Assembly (NCBI RefSeq): GCF_018350175.1
Contig: NC_058380.1
Location: forward strand, 45,756,001 to 45,820,000
Direction of reading: 5' to 3'
From: Felis catus
Lineage: Eukaryota
Length of the DNA stretch: 64,000 bases
In this document: one piece after another, positions 1 to 11,613 of the stretch
Layout: each line of letters opens with the position of its first letter
Position numbering within the stretch: the stretch's first letter is position 1
Made by a program: the position numbers and the translations under genes
The notes under the pieces: generated by a model
Seen by the model: the letters and a program-made list of their open reading frames with translations, nothing else
What the model was told of the DNA's origin: nothing
Database searches by the model: none

Positions 1-1379
1 GTTTTTCTCTCTAATGTTCAAGACTCGAGAGGTTTTTGTTTCTCATTTCAACCTTCCTAGAAAGCAAAACTCGACAGTTGTGCGGGCATAAAGACAACAA
101 ACATAGGTCTGAATGTCATGAAAATGAAAAGGGGAAGTGACCTTTGCGCTGACAGAAAAGCAAAGTGTAAGTCGGGAAAATTCGATGCAAGAGAACTGGG
201 GGCTGGGGGCCATGGCAGAGGGAAGACTGCAGACCAGCACTCAAGGATACAAGGGCCTGAAGGTGGCTGCTTCTGCCAAAGGCTCAAACAAGAACCACTC
301 GTATGCTGTTCTTCCGGGTGAAAGGACCGTACTCAGCTTAGCTAGACCAGCCTCCTGATTTTGCTTTCACTAATGGGCATGTGAGGAGCTCTAAGGAGAG
401 AAGGGAGGAGTCGCGAACCTGCTCCCAAAAAAACTAGCATCCAGAACCCGCATTGTGCTAAGGAGCCCCCTCTGCAGGAACAGTGGTTATTGGCCTTGCT
501 TGAGCATTCTACTTAGTTGATAACTCCACTCTTGGATTCTTTGGGTGTAGATGTGAGGGCAGGGTTCCCTGTATTTAGTGTGTTGCTCTGTGCGACCGGA
601 TGCCTGAGGTCCTTGAGCAATGCAGGGCAGGAATCGGCTGGCAGGGAGGGTGGAGGTGTGGCCATGTTCACATTCTGGCTCCTGACGCTGGAAAATCTTG
701 GCTACTTCCAGCTGCTGCTGCATGGTGATCTCTCACAGCCCATCCGTGAGCACCTGGGCGCCGAGCCCTGCCATCCCCAGTCCCCTCTCAGGTTGACCAG
801 AAGCCCCTGTGGACGGAAAGTCTGCACCACTGGGGGACACATGTAATTAACTAACTTTCGCCTATGGACCTTGTACCTCTCATCTCCATTCATTCACCTC
901 CAAGCCCAGGATAGTGAGCTCTATTCCATTACGGACTTCCAAAATTATGGTGTTTCATAATTATGTTGTTTAATAACTTCAGCATTGCACCCGGTCCACT
1001 CTTTTTGTCTGCTAATGTGCCCTGTCTACAGGCTAAGTAAGCATGGCTACCTCCCGGCTCCTAGCCGCCACTCATAGAAGCACCTTTGAAGATCTATCCC
1101 TTTCCTCTAGAATAGCTCCTCGGGAGTGTGCAAGGTAGCTGTGGGGCAAGAAAATACCTTATCAAGTCATGAGTCCTTGGCATCTAGCCCAGTGGCTACC
1201 ATTGGAGGATCTCAAAACAATATACGTTAAGAGAATAATCGTGCTGATCGTAAAAACAGAAAGAATAAAACCAACACATAATATATATCGTTGATTTGAG
1301 AGAATAATATAAAAATGACCAAAAGACACAATGTGAATTATGGTTCAAGGGAGGTTATAAAAGATTTTTGAAGAGTATT

Positions 1380-1608
1380 TTTTTTAATTTTTTTTCAACG
1401 TTTTTTATTTATTTTGGGGACAGAGAGAGACAGAGCATGAACAGGGGAGGGGCAGAGAGAGAGGGAGGCACAGAATCGGAAACAGCCTCCAGGCTCCAGG
1501 CTCCGAGCCATCAGCCCAGAGCCTGACGCGGGGCTCGAACTCACGGACCGCGAGATCGTGACCTAGCTGAAGTCGGACGCTTAACCGACTGCGCCACCCA
1601 GGCGCCCC
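1380..1608 (-). mobile_element. Can-SINE, young Felis-type (SINEC_Fc)
   Basis: Reverse-oriented tRNA-derived head (...ccaggcgcccc), (GA)n tract and poly-T; target-site duplication aagagtattttt at ~1371 and 1609. Confidence 0.95.
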
Positions 1609-1874
1609 AAGAGTATTTTTTTAAAAAGAACAACCACCACCATTTAATGGATTACAAAAATATTTTCTCTGTATTTGTAAGATGTAGAATATCAGATTGA
1701 GAAACAAATTTCTGGTTATTATTGGAGTACTCAGTCTCCATTTTTCTCTTTGCCTTTTCAGTAAGCACCTGGAAAGAACTGTCAACTGCTTTTTCCAGCC
1801 TGGCAAACAGTGACATAATTGATTAAAATCGGTTGAGTATAACATCGTGTCCTGATTGTTTCCTACAGGGATTA

Positions 1875-2368
1875 TTAACTAAGGGAAGAGTGCACTTCAG
1901 TTTTCTTTCTGACAACTTCCTAGTCCTTCAGATGGGGAATGATGCCCTGGAAGAATCTCTGGACAGCAATATCCCCATAGGACAGGGCTGAAGGATTTCT
2001 ATATTCAGCCTTTCCTCCATGAGTTCCTGGTTTGGTGGTTAAGGCTAAAGGGTAGATTTCTCCAGGAGGATCTTCCTCTAAACTAGCTGTGTCTCCATAC
2101 TGAGCCGACTGAAGATATGCTGGAGAATCTGATAGCAGAAACAGAGATCTTATGCCTTCTGGATTTTGATGATATCTCTACTTTCCTCAGGAAACTTGAA
2201 TTGGATTCTGGCATTCCAACCTAATTTATAGGCATTGCTTTTCAGATGCCTGAAAAGAATGCAGGTGTCCTTATGTTCCAGGCTTTGGCTCCAAAATCAT
2301 CGCGAACCAAAGGAACAGACCTAGCTACCGCTGACCATCACCATTGCCGTCTGCAGAGACCAGGAGTG
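1875..2368 (-). pseudogene. IFN-delta-like pseudogene
   Basis: Manual minus-strand translation gives MVMVSGS*VCSFG..QSLEHKDTCILFRHLK..RIQFKFPEESRDIIKIQKA*DLCFCYQILQHIFS..IAVQRFFQGIIPHLKD*EVVR. This carries IFN-delta-type FKFP/CF.YQ.LQ motifs with several stops. Degenerate IFN TATA-like tgtttaagag at ~2418-2427. Confidence 0.75.
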
Positions 2369-2399
2369 GAGAATTTCTCAGCTTCACCTGGACCACAGT

Positions 2400-2730
2400 G
2401 AAACCGCAGGTTGCCAGCTCTTAAACAGCGCGCCCCAGGCCCCCTCGCTACGCCCCAACGGCCAGAAGTGGGCGCTCGAACTCAACGTAACGACCCAACC
2501 GGCATCTCCCACCAGCGGAACCTGCCAGGGCGTCAAACGCCAGGTCCCGCGGAAGCCGCAGCTTCGCAGGCAGCGGGAGCCCCTCCCGGGAGAGGCGCCG
2601 CCGGAATCCGGGACAGGGTGGGGCCGCGAGGACAGCGAGCAGACCCCTCCCTAGTCGGGCCTGACCGCCGAGGGGGAGCTGAGCCGCACTTCGCACCGAG
2701 CCTTTCATGTTCATGGTCGGCCCCTGCGTG
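2400..2730. promoter_or_regulatory. CpG island upstream of the left IFN-delta-like pseudogene
   Basis: Dense CpG and high GC against AT-rich flanks; paralogous to the CpG-rich region at ~38260-38800. Confidence 0.7.
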
Positions 2731-3634
2731 GATCCTCTCCTTTGTCGAGCAGTGTTTCAGCCAGAGCGGTTTACAAAGGGCTCATTTCCTCGGGATGCGG
2801 GGCAGGACTGAAATTGCACTTCGTGGGGTATGTTTGCAGATCCAGGATTGTTTCTGGGGGAGAAGGACGGGAGGTCAGGGAAAGGCAGTAGGCATCTACA
2901 GTCTGGACACGAATCAATATGTATGATTTTATTGAAATGTAAAGGTTACTTTTTCCTGCAACGTTAAACTGTTGGAAAAATATTGACCAGTAGGTGTATT
3001 AAAACTCGGATTATTTTAACGTTTAATATTTTATGTATGCCAAACCCAGAATTTATCATTTCCTGGGCTTCGGTGAAAGCAAACTCATGAATCATTTTCA
3101 GAACTAACTATTTTGCTCAATTTATCTTCATTTGAGAGAGTTGCAGTCTGAGAGAATTTAACGTTAGTACTGAAACGGTATTTGGAGAAATAGCATACAC
3201 ATGTTTAATTTACATTAATTCTTTTCTCCATCTTTCCCTAACTCATTTCCACGTTCCAGGTGATGTTCTTTTCCCACAGTTTGAAAATACGATTTTATGG
3301 CAGGCCATTATTTTGATAATCTTTTCTTCGGCTGAAAACAGTGATAACTGTCTTGTTGGCACATTTTTAGGCTCGGTCTCCATTTTGACTAAATCAAAAT
3401 TTTCATCAAGTGCTTCTCTATGCATTGAGACATACACTTCACCATCAGAGGTAAGTAAGCAAGTCATACTCCTTTCTGGCAGTGTCATGTGAATAGTGTT
3501 CGGGAAATTTAGCAAGTAAATGAACTTGAGTTTCTTGGACAAAAAAATGGGGAGACCAAATGGAATTTGTCAAAATCGAACTTGGCTGCCCCCTTCACCC
3601 AACTTGTACAACTCTCAGGCTTTTGTAATTCAAG

Positions 3635-3795
3635 GCCAGATCTTGTCTTTATTTAAAATTTTGATATTTTGTTCATCAGGGATTTTTTGTCATTAACTTT
3701 TGTTGTTAAGAATGTTGCCTTGAAACATTTCTTCATTACTAAGTCATTTGACACCCCCTTTCAGGTTGTGTGTGAGGCAAGTTCCTAACTCACCC
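3635..3795 (-). mobile_element. MER96B-like hAT DNA transposon remnant
   Basis: tctttatttaaaattttgatattttgttcatcagggatttttt...gacaccccc resembles the reverse of the recalled MER96B core; a paralogous copy lies at ~34930-35100. Confidence 0.6.
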
Positions 3796-5134
3796 AAACC
3801 GAATGGCCACACTGGAAAGAGTTTTTGATGTGAAGCGTTGTGATTTTCCTTGGCTGAAAATTATGTCTGAAAATCAGAGAACATCCCCTTTCCCATCTCT
3901 CTCATTTTATATTTACATATAAATATATATATATTTTTTCTTACAAGTTGTCTTTGTCTTTTTACCATTGTTTTACCTGTACCTTAAAGATTGTCACCAC
4001 AGGTGGCCTGAAACTAAGCGAAGATGCCGGAAGAGATTATTTATGTCAGCTACTTACGCGTTTCACAGAGTAGCTGTAATTTGCCAGACATCTTGCTGAG
4101 GTTCGGGTTCTCCAGAAAGAGCTTCATATGTGCTCTGCTGTAACAACGTAGGCTGGGCTTTGCTGCTTCACTAGGGAACCTCTCGTGCCCAGGGCTCCTG
4201 GGCACGAGAGGTTCCCATTTGGGAAGCGGGACTCCCCTGTTCATTAAGCTTAACAACAACCGTGGAATTGTCCAATAGTCGAACTATGTCGCACCCGAAA
4301 TACAAAATTAGGTCCATCTGTGTGAACCGCCATAGAAAGATTGCCAGGATTGTTCTGCAGAACTCCATGTTATATAGAAGCTATACAGTGATGCCTTTGG
4401 TATACGCTTATACAAGCGGATCCAAAAAACACATTGGTTCTTGAGTACCAGCTAAATGCTAAGCACTTAATGCTGGTGATCGAGCAGCGAGTCCTGGTTG
4501 TGCAAGGCGATAATAAACAACTGAGCCAAAAGTCATAACATAGACTAAAGGAGTATGCCTGGGGAAAGAAAGGCAACTTTCCCAGCTGGAAAGTTCAACG
4601 GATTCACCTTGAGAAACCTTTTTCACTATAACAGGAAAGGAGGAGAGGAGGCGTGGGGTACAATTTTTTTTTTTTTTTTAGTTTGGCGAAGAGAAATTCT
4701 CTTCTGGTGGCTTCTGCTTCCTGTGGCATGTGATGCATGCGTTGAGGTTGGGGAAATAGAAGTTTGTCAAAGTGGAGAACGTTGGAAATAGTTAAGGACA
4801 GGAGACTTGACCATGGAACAGTGATACCAGGTCCCAGGAGCAGGGAGCAATGTCAGTCTTGTTCACTCGTGTCTCTTAAATGCACTGAGAAGGAACTTAG
4901 CCAAACAGGTGGGATGAATGGAAGTCCGAACTCCAGGTAGTAGTGGAGATGTCCCTTAGCTGGAGACTGTAGGACTGTGGTGGCACAATATACTTGCCTG
5001 GGTGATCTTATCTAGCGAGTCTCAGCCAGATCAGGTGCGGGGAGACGCAGAGGGTTTGGTCTTTTGCCTGATAGGAATGATGAATCAAGAAGGAGGTGAG
5101 GGTGTTTAGAATGTTGCTTCAGTCATGGTCCGTG

Positions 5135-5525
5135 AAGTCTATTCGTTGGCCAGGGCCTCCGTAGCAAGTACTACCATGGACTGGGGGGCTTAAACAGCAG
5201 AAATTTGTTATCTTGCAGTTCTGGAGACTAGAAGTCCAAGCTCAAGGTGTGGGCAGATTAGGTTTCCTCTGAGGCCTCTCTCCTTGGCTTGTAGACAGCT
5301 CCCTTCTCGCCGTGTCCTCACTTGACCTTTTCTGTGTCTCTACACCTTCTTATAAGGACGCCGGTCATATTGGGTTAATGTCCACCCTGAGGGCTTCATT
5401 TTAGCTTAATCACCTCTTTAAAGACGTTCTCTCCAAGCGCAGTTCCATTCTGAGATACTGGGGGGTTGGTACCTAAATATGTGAATTTCGCGGGGCCGCT
5501 GGTGGACACAGCTCAGCCTATAACA
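5135..5525 (-). mobile_element. MLT1B/C-type MaLR solo LTR
   Basis: Typical motifs ggcttaaacagcagaaattt...cagttctggagactagaagtccaag...cttataaggac...cagcctataaca. Confidence 0.85.
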
Positions 5526-8417
5526 TCTACCGTGGATGAAGAGAGAACAAAGACCAGAGGTCTTTGCTGATGGACACCTGTAAGAGCCAGCAGACTGTCG
5601 TTTCCTGACTAATGGGCCTATGAAGGGCAATCTGGAAAAAGCGAAGGCAGAGGTCAGAGAGTGGGATTCTAGACTGGATGATTCTAGTACTTCACAACGT
5701 AGAGCAGCCCCCAGTGAAAAGCAAAGAGCTGTGAGTCAGAAGCGGCTTGTTATGGGACCCACGGCCAGTCCTTCAGCACGTGAAGCCACTACCTCTCCTT
5801 GGATTAGTGTTTGCCCTTGGGAGCATAAGAAGGGTCACTCCTGAGGGTCACCCCCTCCCGGAGCTCTCTAGCCCTGGGTTTTCTACCGATGTGGTTACTC
5901 ATCCTGTCTGAAATCCACGTTAGGAGAAGCAATTTTAAAAATTAATGTTCGCCATTTTAATTATGTAACGAAAAGCAGACGTGAATCTTCCCAGGCTTCA
6001 GTTGCCGTGTAAGTGTGCACCTGCCTGGAGGAGATAAAGGCTGCTTCTCTAGGCCTGGATGAGGGAGCCAAGGCAGGTGAAGAGACTGGAGGAGAGCCGG
6101 GATGAGCTACATTGACCCCACCCTCTTCTCTCCTCCAGGTGGAAATGGCACAGAGGGTGGCTCCAGTCGCTCTTCTATCATTTCATGGGGACTCCTCCTC
6201 CTTGGTGACTCCACTTTTTGGTGGCTCTTCTTTTTTCAGCAGTGACTCCACTCGGCCCTGTAGCGGCATTGACCCCGACCATGTGGATGGCTGTGGAGAG
6301 ACCTTTGGAATGTTTGGCCACGTTGGCTTCAGCGGGCTGAATTGTGGTCCCAGGTGAGCCCAGAACACCCGCATCCTTGTCACCAATTGCAGAACCTGCC
6401 TGTGGTTCAGGTGCGGTGTAGGTCCTGAAGAAGATACCCCATGACTCTACCAAGCATGCAACGATCACCAATTATTCGCACTGAGCACACGATCCTGCAC
6501 AGTGTCATCAAGAATGGCTGTAAGAAAGGACTTGCCCATAAAGGGGTCTGGCAGGCATTGCTTTTGTGCTCAAAGACACCCTCCCCCTCTACACCACCTG
6601 CTCCACGCACAAGAAAACATGTGCACACACCTGCCGAGATGGCACCAAGTTCAGGTCACCTCGTCGGTGTTCTAGGCAGCCACCAGCAGGTGGAGCCTGA
6701 GTCAGGTACTGGGGGAGAAGAGCAAGGAATGGGAGTGGCCTGATTCGTGGTGATAGAGACCTTCTCCTTCCTTCCCACCCGTCTGTGTCCCTCCTTTTCA
6801 CCCACTCAACCCTTGACCCTTCCTCACGCTCTCCTCACTTCGCTACAGGTGCTGTGCGTCTGCAGTGTGAACGTTCCTGTCACTGATGACCGGGCGACCC
6901 ATTTGCCCTGCTTTGGTGTTGTTGAGCCGGGCAACGCCTCAGGGGGACCAAATGGCAGGGAGAATTGACTTTTGAGTTCAAAGTTTGTTTCAAAACAGAT
7001 GGGTCTTGCGGACAATGCCCACCTCTGAGTAGCACCTGTTGTCATCTCAGGCCTGAGCACATCCATCTCAGCACCTAGTTTGCAGTACTGACCCCCTTCG
7101 TTGCTGGGCTGCCTGGTGGGCAGGAGAGGGGGTGACCCGTGTCATGGCTCACTGTTCATGTCCCTACTTTTGCATCCAGTTCCTTTCCAGTGGCTTAGAG
7201 AGTGACATGCGTGTTACTGGAAGACATGTGTCCGTTTCTTTCCCGAACCTGTAAACAGTGTTTTCTCCTTTCCCTCCCGGCTTTGCTGAGCCAATTTTAT
7301 CAGCTGCCCTGCCTGCAGCTACCTCCCCATCAGGAGGGAAAAGTGGAGAACACGTCCTGCTTTAACAACCCCAGCACGCCCGTGGTCCACGCTTCCCGAC
7401 AGACCACCACCACCAGCAGCACTTTACCAGAACAGAGCCCCAAGTTCTGCGTCCCCTACTGGCCCCAGGGCACGTCCCGTGGGGGTGGGAGGTCAGCAGT
7501 ATGCTTTCACCGAGGCTGAGAAATGAGTCACAGTGCCCACTTCTGCAGCTGTCATCCGGAAGGGAATGGGATCTTGGGGGCAGGTGGAAACTGTGCCCCA
7601 CCATACATTCATGGTCCTAGATGTTTCCCCCTCACCCTCTGAACTCAAGGCTTCACTACAGCAATTCTGAGTTCCACAGGTGGGGTGTAGGAGTTACAGT
7701 CCCTGCTCTCCACTGGGGCCAGCTCAACACCTTTGCAAGGGGTTCGTGCTAAACTTGTGTGCAGTCCTAAACTGGCCTCATCTCTGTCCTGAATATTTGG
7801 ATGATACTTGACCCCAGCTTCCTGGAGGGAGCGCTAGATCTTGACTGCCCTTGTGCTAGTTAGTGATAGGAGATTTGCCAGGTACCCAGGCAGATAATGT
7901 AGGAAGATGAGAATTGGTGGATGGTGGAGAGCAAGGCCCAGGGGTGCAGGGCAGGGACTCTCTATGAACTCAGGCTCTAGAAGGGGTGACTTATGGGCCC
8001 TTGATCTGTCCTGAGAGCCCACAACCACCTTGGGAGAAGGGATTGTGACATTTACTCGGTGCTGTGGGCGTACAATCTCACACAATCTAGCTCTTCTGGG
8101 TATGCTTAACATGTCCAGAAAAGTGTGTATATAAATCTTGTGCGATTCCTGTGACCAAAACAAAGCTGTCAACTTTGCACACATATGTGGAATCCCAGAG
8201 AATGTCCACCATGTCTTTAAGGTGGGGTACACAGGGTTATGGAGATACAGGTATTCGATGTTTCACCTTCTACCCCTCAGAAAAAATGTTGAGCACACAC
8301 CTCCAATGTTTATTTTTATTTATAATATATATATTATAGTTATAAAATACTGTGCATATTATAAAGTGTATGTTTGTAATAGAGATTTTAAGATGGATAA
8401 GAATCTATGATAAAATA

Positions 8418-8609
8418 TTTTTTTAATGTTTATTTTTGACAGCACAAGCGGGGGAGGGGCAGAGAGAGAGGGAGACACAGAATCGGAAGCAGTCTCCAGG
8501 CTCTGAACCGTCCACACAGAGCCCAATGCGGGACTTGAACCCATATACTGTGAGATCATGACCTGAGTCAAAGTCGGATACTTAAACAACTTAGCCACCG
8601 AGGAGTCCC
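8418..8609 (-). mobile_element. Can-SINE (older subfamily)
   Basis: SINE body with an imperfect TSD ctatgat(a/g)aaa(t/c)attttt. Confidence 0.9.
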
Positions 8610-8884
8610 TATGATGAAACATTTTTAAATTATATTTTTATTATTAAAGGGACATCATGATTTGTCCTCAAAAAATACACATAATATGCCCCTGGGACAA
8701 TGTGACAATCTGTATCAATATGCAGGGTAATTACAGGAATATAATGATATTTCATAGAATCCAAGTAAAGTTTAAACAGTAAAACTTGAGAAGAGGTAGG
8801 AACTACATAAACTCTAACAACCTCAGAACATTGTCATTAATGTGACTTAGCTCCTAAGTCTAAGGTTCTGGCTTTCTTGAGTCA

Positions 8885-8949
8885 TTTTTTTTTTAATTAG
8901 AGAATGCTTTTTTTTTTAATTAGGTGAGCAGGGGAGAGAGGTGGGGGGG

Positions 8950-8997
<48 letters not shown>

Positions 8998-9107
8998 CTT
9001 AAGTAGGGTCCACACTCAGCATGGAGCCTAATCCCATGATGCTGGGGCCATGACCTAAGCCAAAATCAAGAGTTGGACACTCAACCAAATGAGCCACCCA
9101 GACACCC
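8885..9107 (-). mobile_element. Can-SINE with expanded (GA)n microsatellite (~8952-8995)
   Basis: SINE body; TSD ttgagtca. Confidence 0.85.
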
Positions 9108-9199
9108 ATTGAGTCAAATTTTTTAAGAATAGCTATCTGATTGGCAACAGCAATATAGCTTCCAGATCCTGATGTCATAGCTGAAGGGCAGTTCTAGAA

Positions 9200-9400
9200 G
9201 GGCTGTGAAAACAGATAATGTGGCTACTCCATTCCACCCTTGACTTCCCAATATCCACATCTTTCCCATTCCCACTATTTCAATGATGCCCAATTCAGTG
9301 ATCCCATCTGTAACTGTGATGCCCTCAATCAGAGACAACTATCACATCCACAAATTGCTTCTAATAAACATCATAGGGCCACTGTTCCCCAAGTGTACTT
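9200..9400 (-). mobile_element. Possible ERVL internal (gag-region) remnant
   Basis: Minus strand atcacagttacagatgggatcactgaattgggcatcattgaaatagtgggaatg resembles recalled ERVL-int sequence; highly degraded. Confidence 0.3.
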
Positions 9401-10019
9401 TGCCCAGCACAGTCCTGTTGTGCCTTTTTGCAACTTGTGGACCAGGATGAAAATTTGAGTATGACCATCCAAAAGAAGCAAAAGGAAGAGAAAAAAACTT
9501 TTATAAGAAGGAATAATAAAGTAAAAGGGTAGTTTTTCCATTTTTTGTACAATCAAGAAGAACAAATATCTTCTAGAGACTGAAGAGCTAATTGCTGCAA
9601 GTGGTAAGGAGGCAGTGATTGGATGGTAGAATATTCTTTTCCCATCACATTCTTTTTACTTATTCAGCTCCTCAGTCAGCCTTGTTTGCGTGGTCGTATA
9701 TATATATATTTTTTCATCACAAGATTCCTTTAAATGGTGTTAGGTGACCCACTCTCACATCCAGTGCATTTAAACTGCTCAGCTTTTCTTTAATTATGAA
9801 ACATGTTTTCATTATAAAAAATGTTTAACAGTATGTAAATAGTGGAAGACTGCCACCAAACTCCCTGTATAAAACACTATAAATAATTTGACATATATCT
9901 TTGTAGATCCATATTCTATACACATACATATATGTCAAGATTCAGCTTTTTTTCCCCTCAAGTTAACATACGGTGTAGTCTTGGCCTCAGGAAGAGAACC
10001 CAGGAGGCTCCCCCCTTGT

Positions 10020-10165
10020 GCGCATCCCAACAAGTGCCCTCCTTAATGCCCATCACCCATTTACCCCACCCGCATCAATTCTGTTTGTTCCCTGTATTTA
10101 AGAGTCTCTTACGGTTTGCCTCCCTCTTGTTTTTATCTTATTTTTCCTTCCTTTCCCCTATGATC
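10020..10165 (-). mobile_element. Carnivore L1 3' UTR fragment running into an N-gap
   Basis: catcccaacaagtgccctccttaatgcccatcacccat...tttaagagtctctta is the reverse of the L1 3' ends at 53020-53120 and 63240-63280. Confidence 0.85.
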
Positions 10166-10349
10166 NNNNNNNNNNNNNNNNNNNNNNNNNNNNNNNNNNN
10201 NNNNNNNNNNNNNNNNNNNNNNNNNNNNNNNNNNNNNNNNNNNNNNNNNNNNNNNNNNNNNNNNNNNNNNNNNNNNNNNNNNNNNNNNNNNNNNNNNNNN
10301 NNNNNNNNNNNNNNNNNNNNNNNNNNNNNNNNNNNNNNNNNNNNNNGCA

Positions 10350-11200
10350 GAAGACTATGTGGAGTTTCTCTTCTCGTGGACTGTTCTGGTCTATGCAGAC
10401 AACCATTTCTGAATACTGTTTACCATGTTTTCCATAGGTCCCGGTAAGGCTGATGGAGGCTGGGGGCCTGATTCTACAAACCTATGAGAAGTCTTAGAGG
10501 GGCCCCCTCACATGGCCATGTGGCCTTCCTTTGCCATAGGTGAAGGTATAGGGAAAGAGCTATCCAGTTTAGGGACTGAATTTCTTGTGATAATCTCTTC
10601 TCTCTGACCTGCTTGGGGGGTTCTTCCCAGGGACTCTGCAACCTTGGCGTAGAGTTTGTCCTTGAAACACAGGTAACTGAAGAGGGGAAAATGGATGTGG
10701 GAAGTGTAGGTCAAGTGAGGGGGTAGTGTTGAAAGACATGGTGGAGAGTAGGTTCTGGTAGCTTTGCATGCTCTGTGTCGAAAGTAAAAGGCAAGTGGTG
10801 GGGTCAGAATGATCCTTGAATATTATGGGATCCAGTGATAAATGGATTTGGTGGAAGAAAGGCACCCCTTGGTGGTGGTGATAAAATGGAAAGTGACAGG
10901 TAAAATGGTCCAGTGGGTAGGGAGGGGTCAGAGATAAAGAGATCAGAGTAACGTCCCAGTGGATCCCAAAGATAACAGAACAGTCTTCCCCAGGTCCCAC
11001 ATGGGAAAGAATGCCTGCTTCCTTGGTGGCTGTAACTGCTCCAGAAAAGTAGCCTCAAAAAGGAACTTGTACAGGTCCCTGCAGGAGATGGGAGGTTCAG
11101 AGTGCATCCGGGAGCAGAATGGGGACAGCTCAGGGTGCTACACAGCCCTTTACTGAGAAGGCCATCCTTGTCTAGACTCTCCTTGGTTTCTCTACTTTCG
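10350..11200 (-). pseudogene. Possible degenerate SPATA31/FAM205-family fragment
   Basis: Minus-strand peptides LGRTPQAGQREEIITRNSVPKLDSSFPIPSPMAKEG and LSILSPPPRGAFLPPNPF resemble recalled SPATA31-family segments; the frame is broken. Confidence 0.4.
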
Positions 11201-11421
11201 CAGATTAACATGTTCGATGTGAGAATAGTGTGATAAATGAGCTCTCTGACCAGTCATCCATACTCCCTCCAGGGAGGGTTTAGATATTATTTATTCACAT
11301 CAACAAAGATAACCCAGTCATCTGATGCAGCCAGTGTGATTTGAAACCTATTTTCCTTAACTGTTATTTGGTCTTGGTATATTCTTCAGTCACTGAATGC
11401 ATGCATTCTAGGTGTTTTATC

Positions 11422-11613
11422 TTTGTTTTTTGTTTTTTGAGAGGGAGAGTGTGAGCAGAGGAGGGGCAGAGAGAGGGAGAGAAAGAATCCCAAGCAGGCT
11501 CTGCGCTGCCAGCCCAGAGCCCGAGGCGGGGCTTGAACTCATGAAGCAGGAGTTCACGACCTGAGCCGAAACCAAGAGTTGGACACTCAACCAACTGAGC
11601 CACCCGGGCACCC
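11422..11613 (-). mobile_element. Can-SINE
   Basis: SINE body; TSD ctaggtgttttatctt. Confidence 0.9.

Noticed and set aside
1500-1608. tRNA-like A/B-box sequences
   Set aside because: They are tRNA-derived Can-SINE heads, not tRNA genes.
2411-2926. 171-aa ORF in the CpG island
   Set aside because: Non-ATG start, GC-driven composition and no recognisable homology.
4300-6100. Expected mirror copy of the 33-kb chi/mu-like pseudogene
   Set aside because: Inverted homology fades near 4290 and I could read no IFN-like sequence here.
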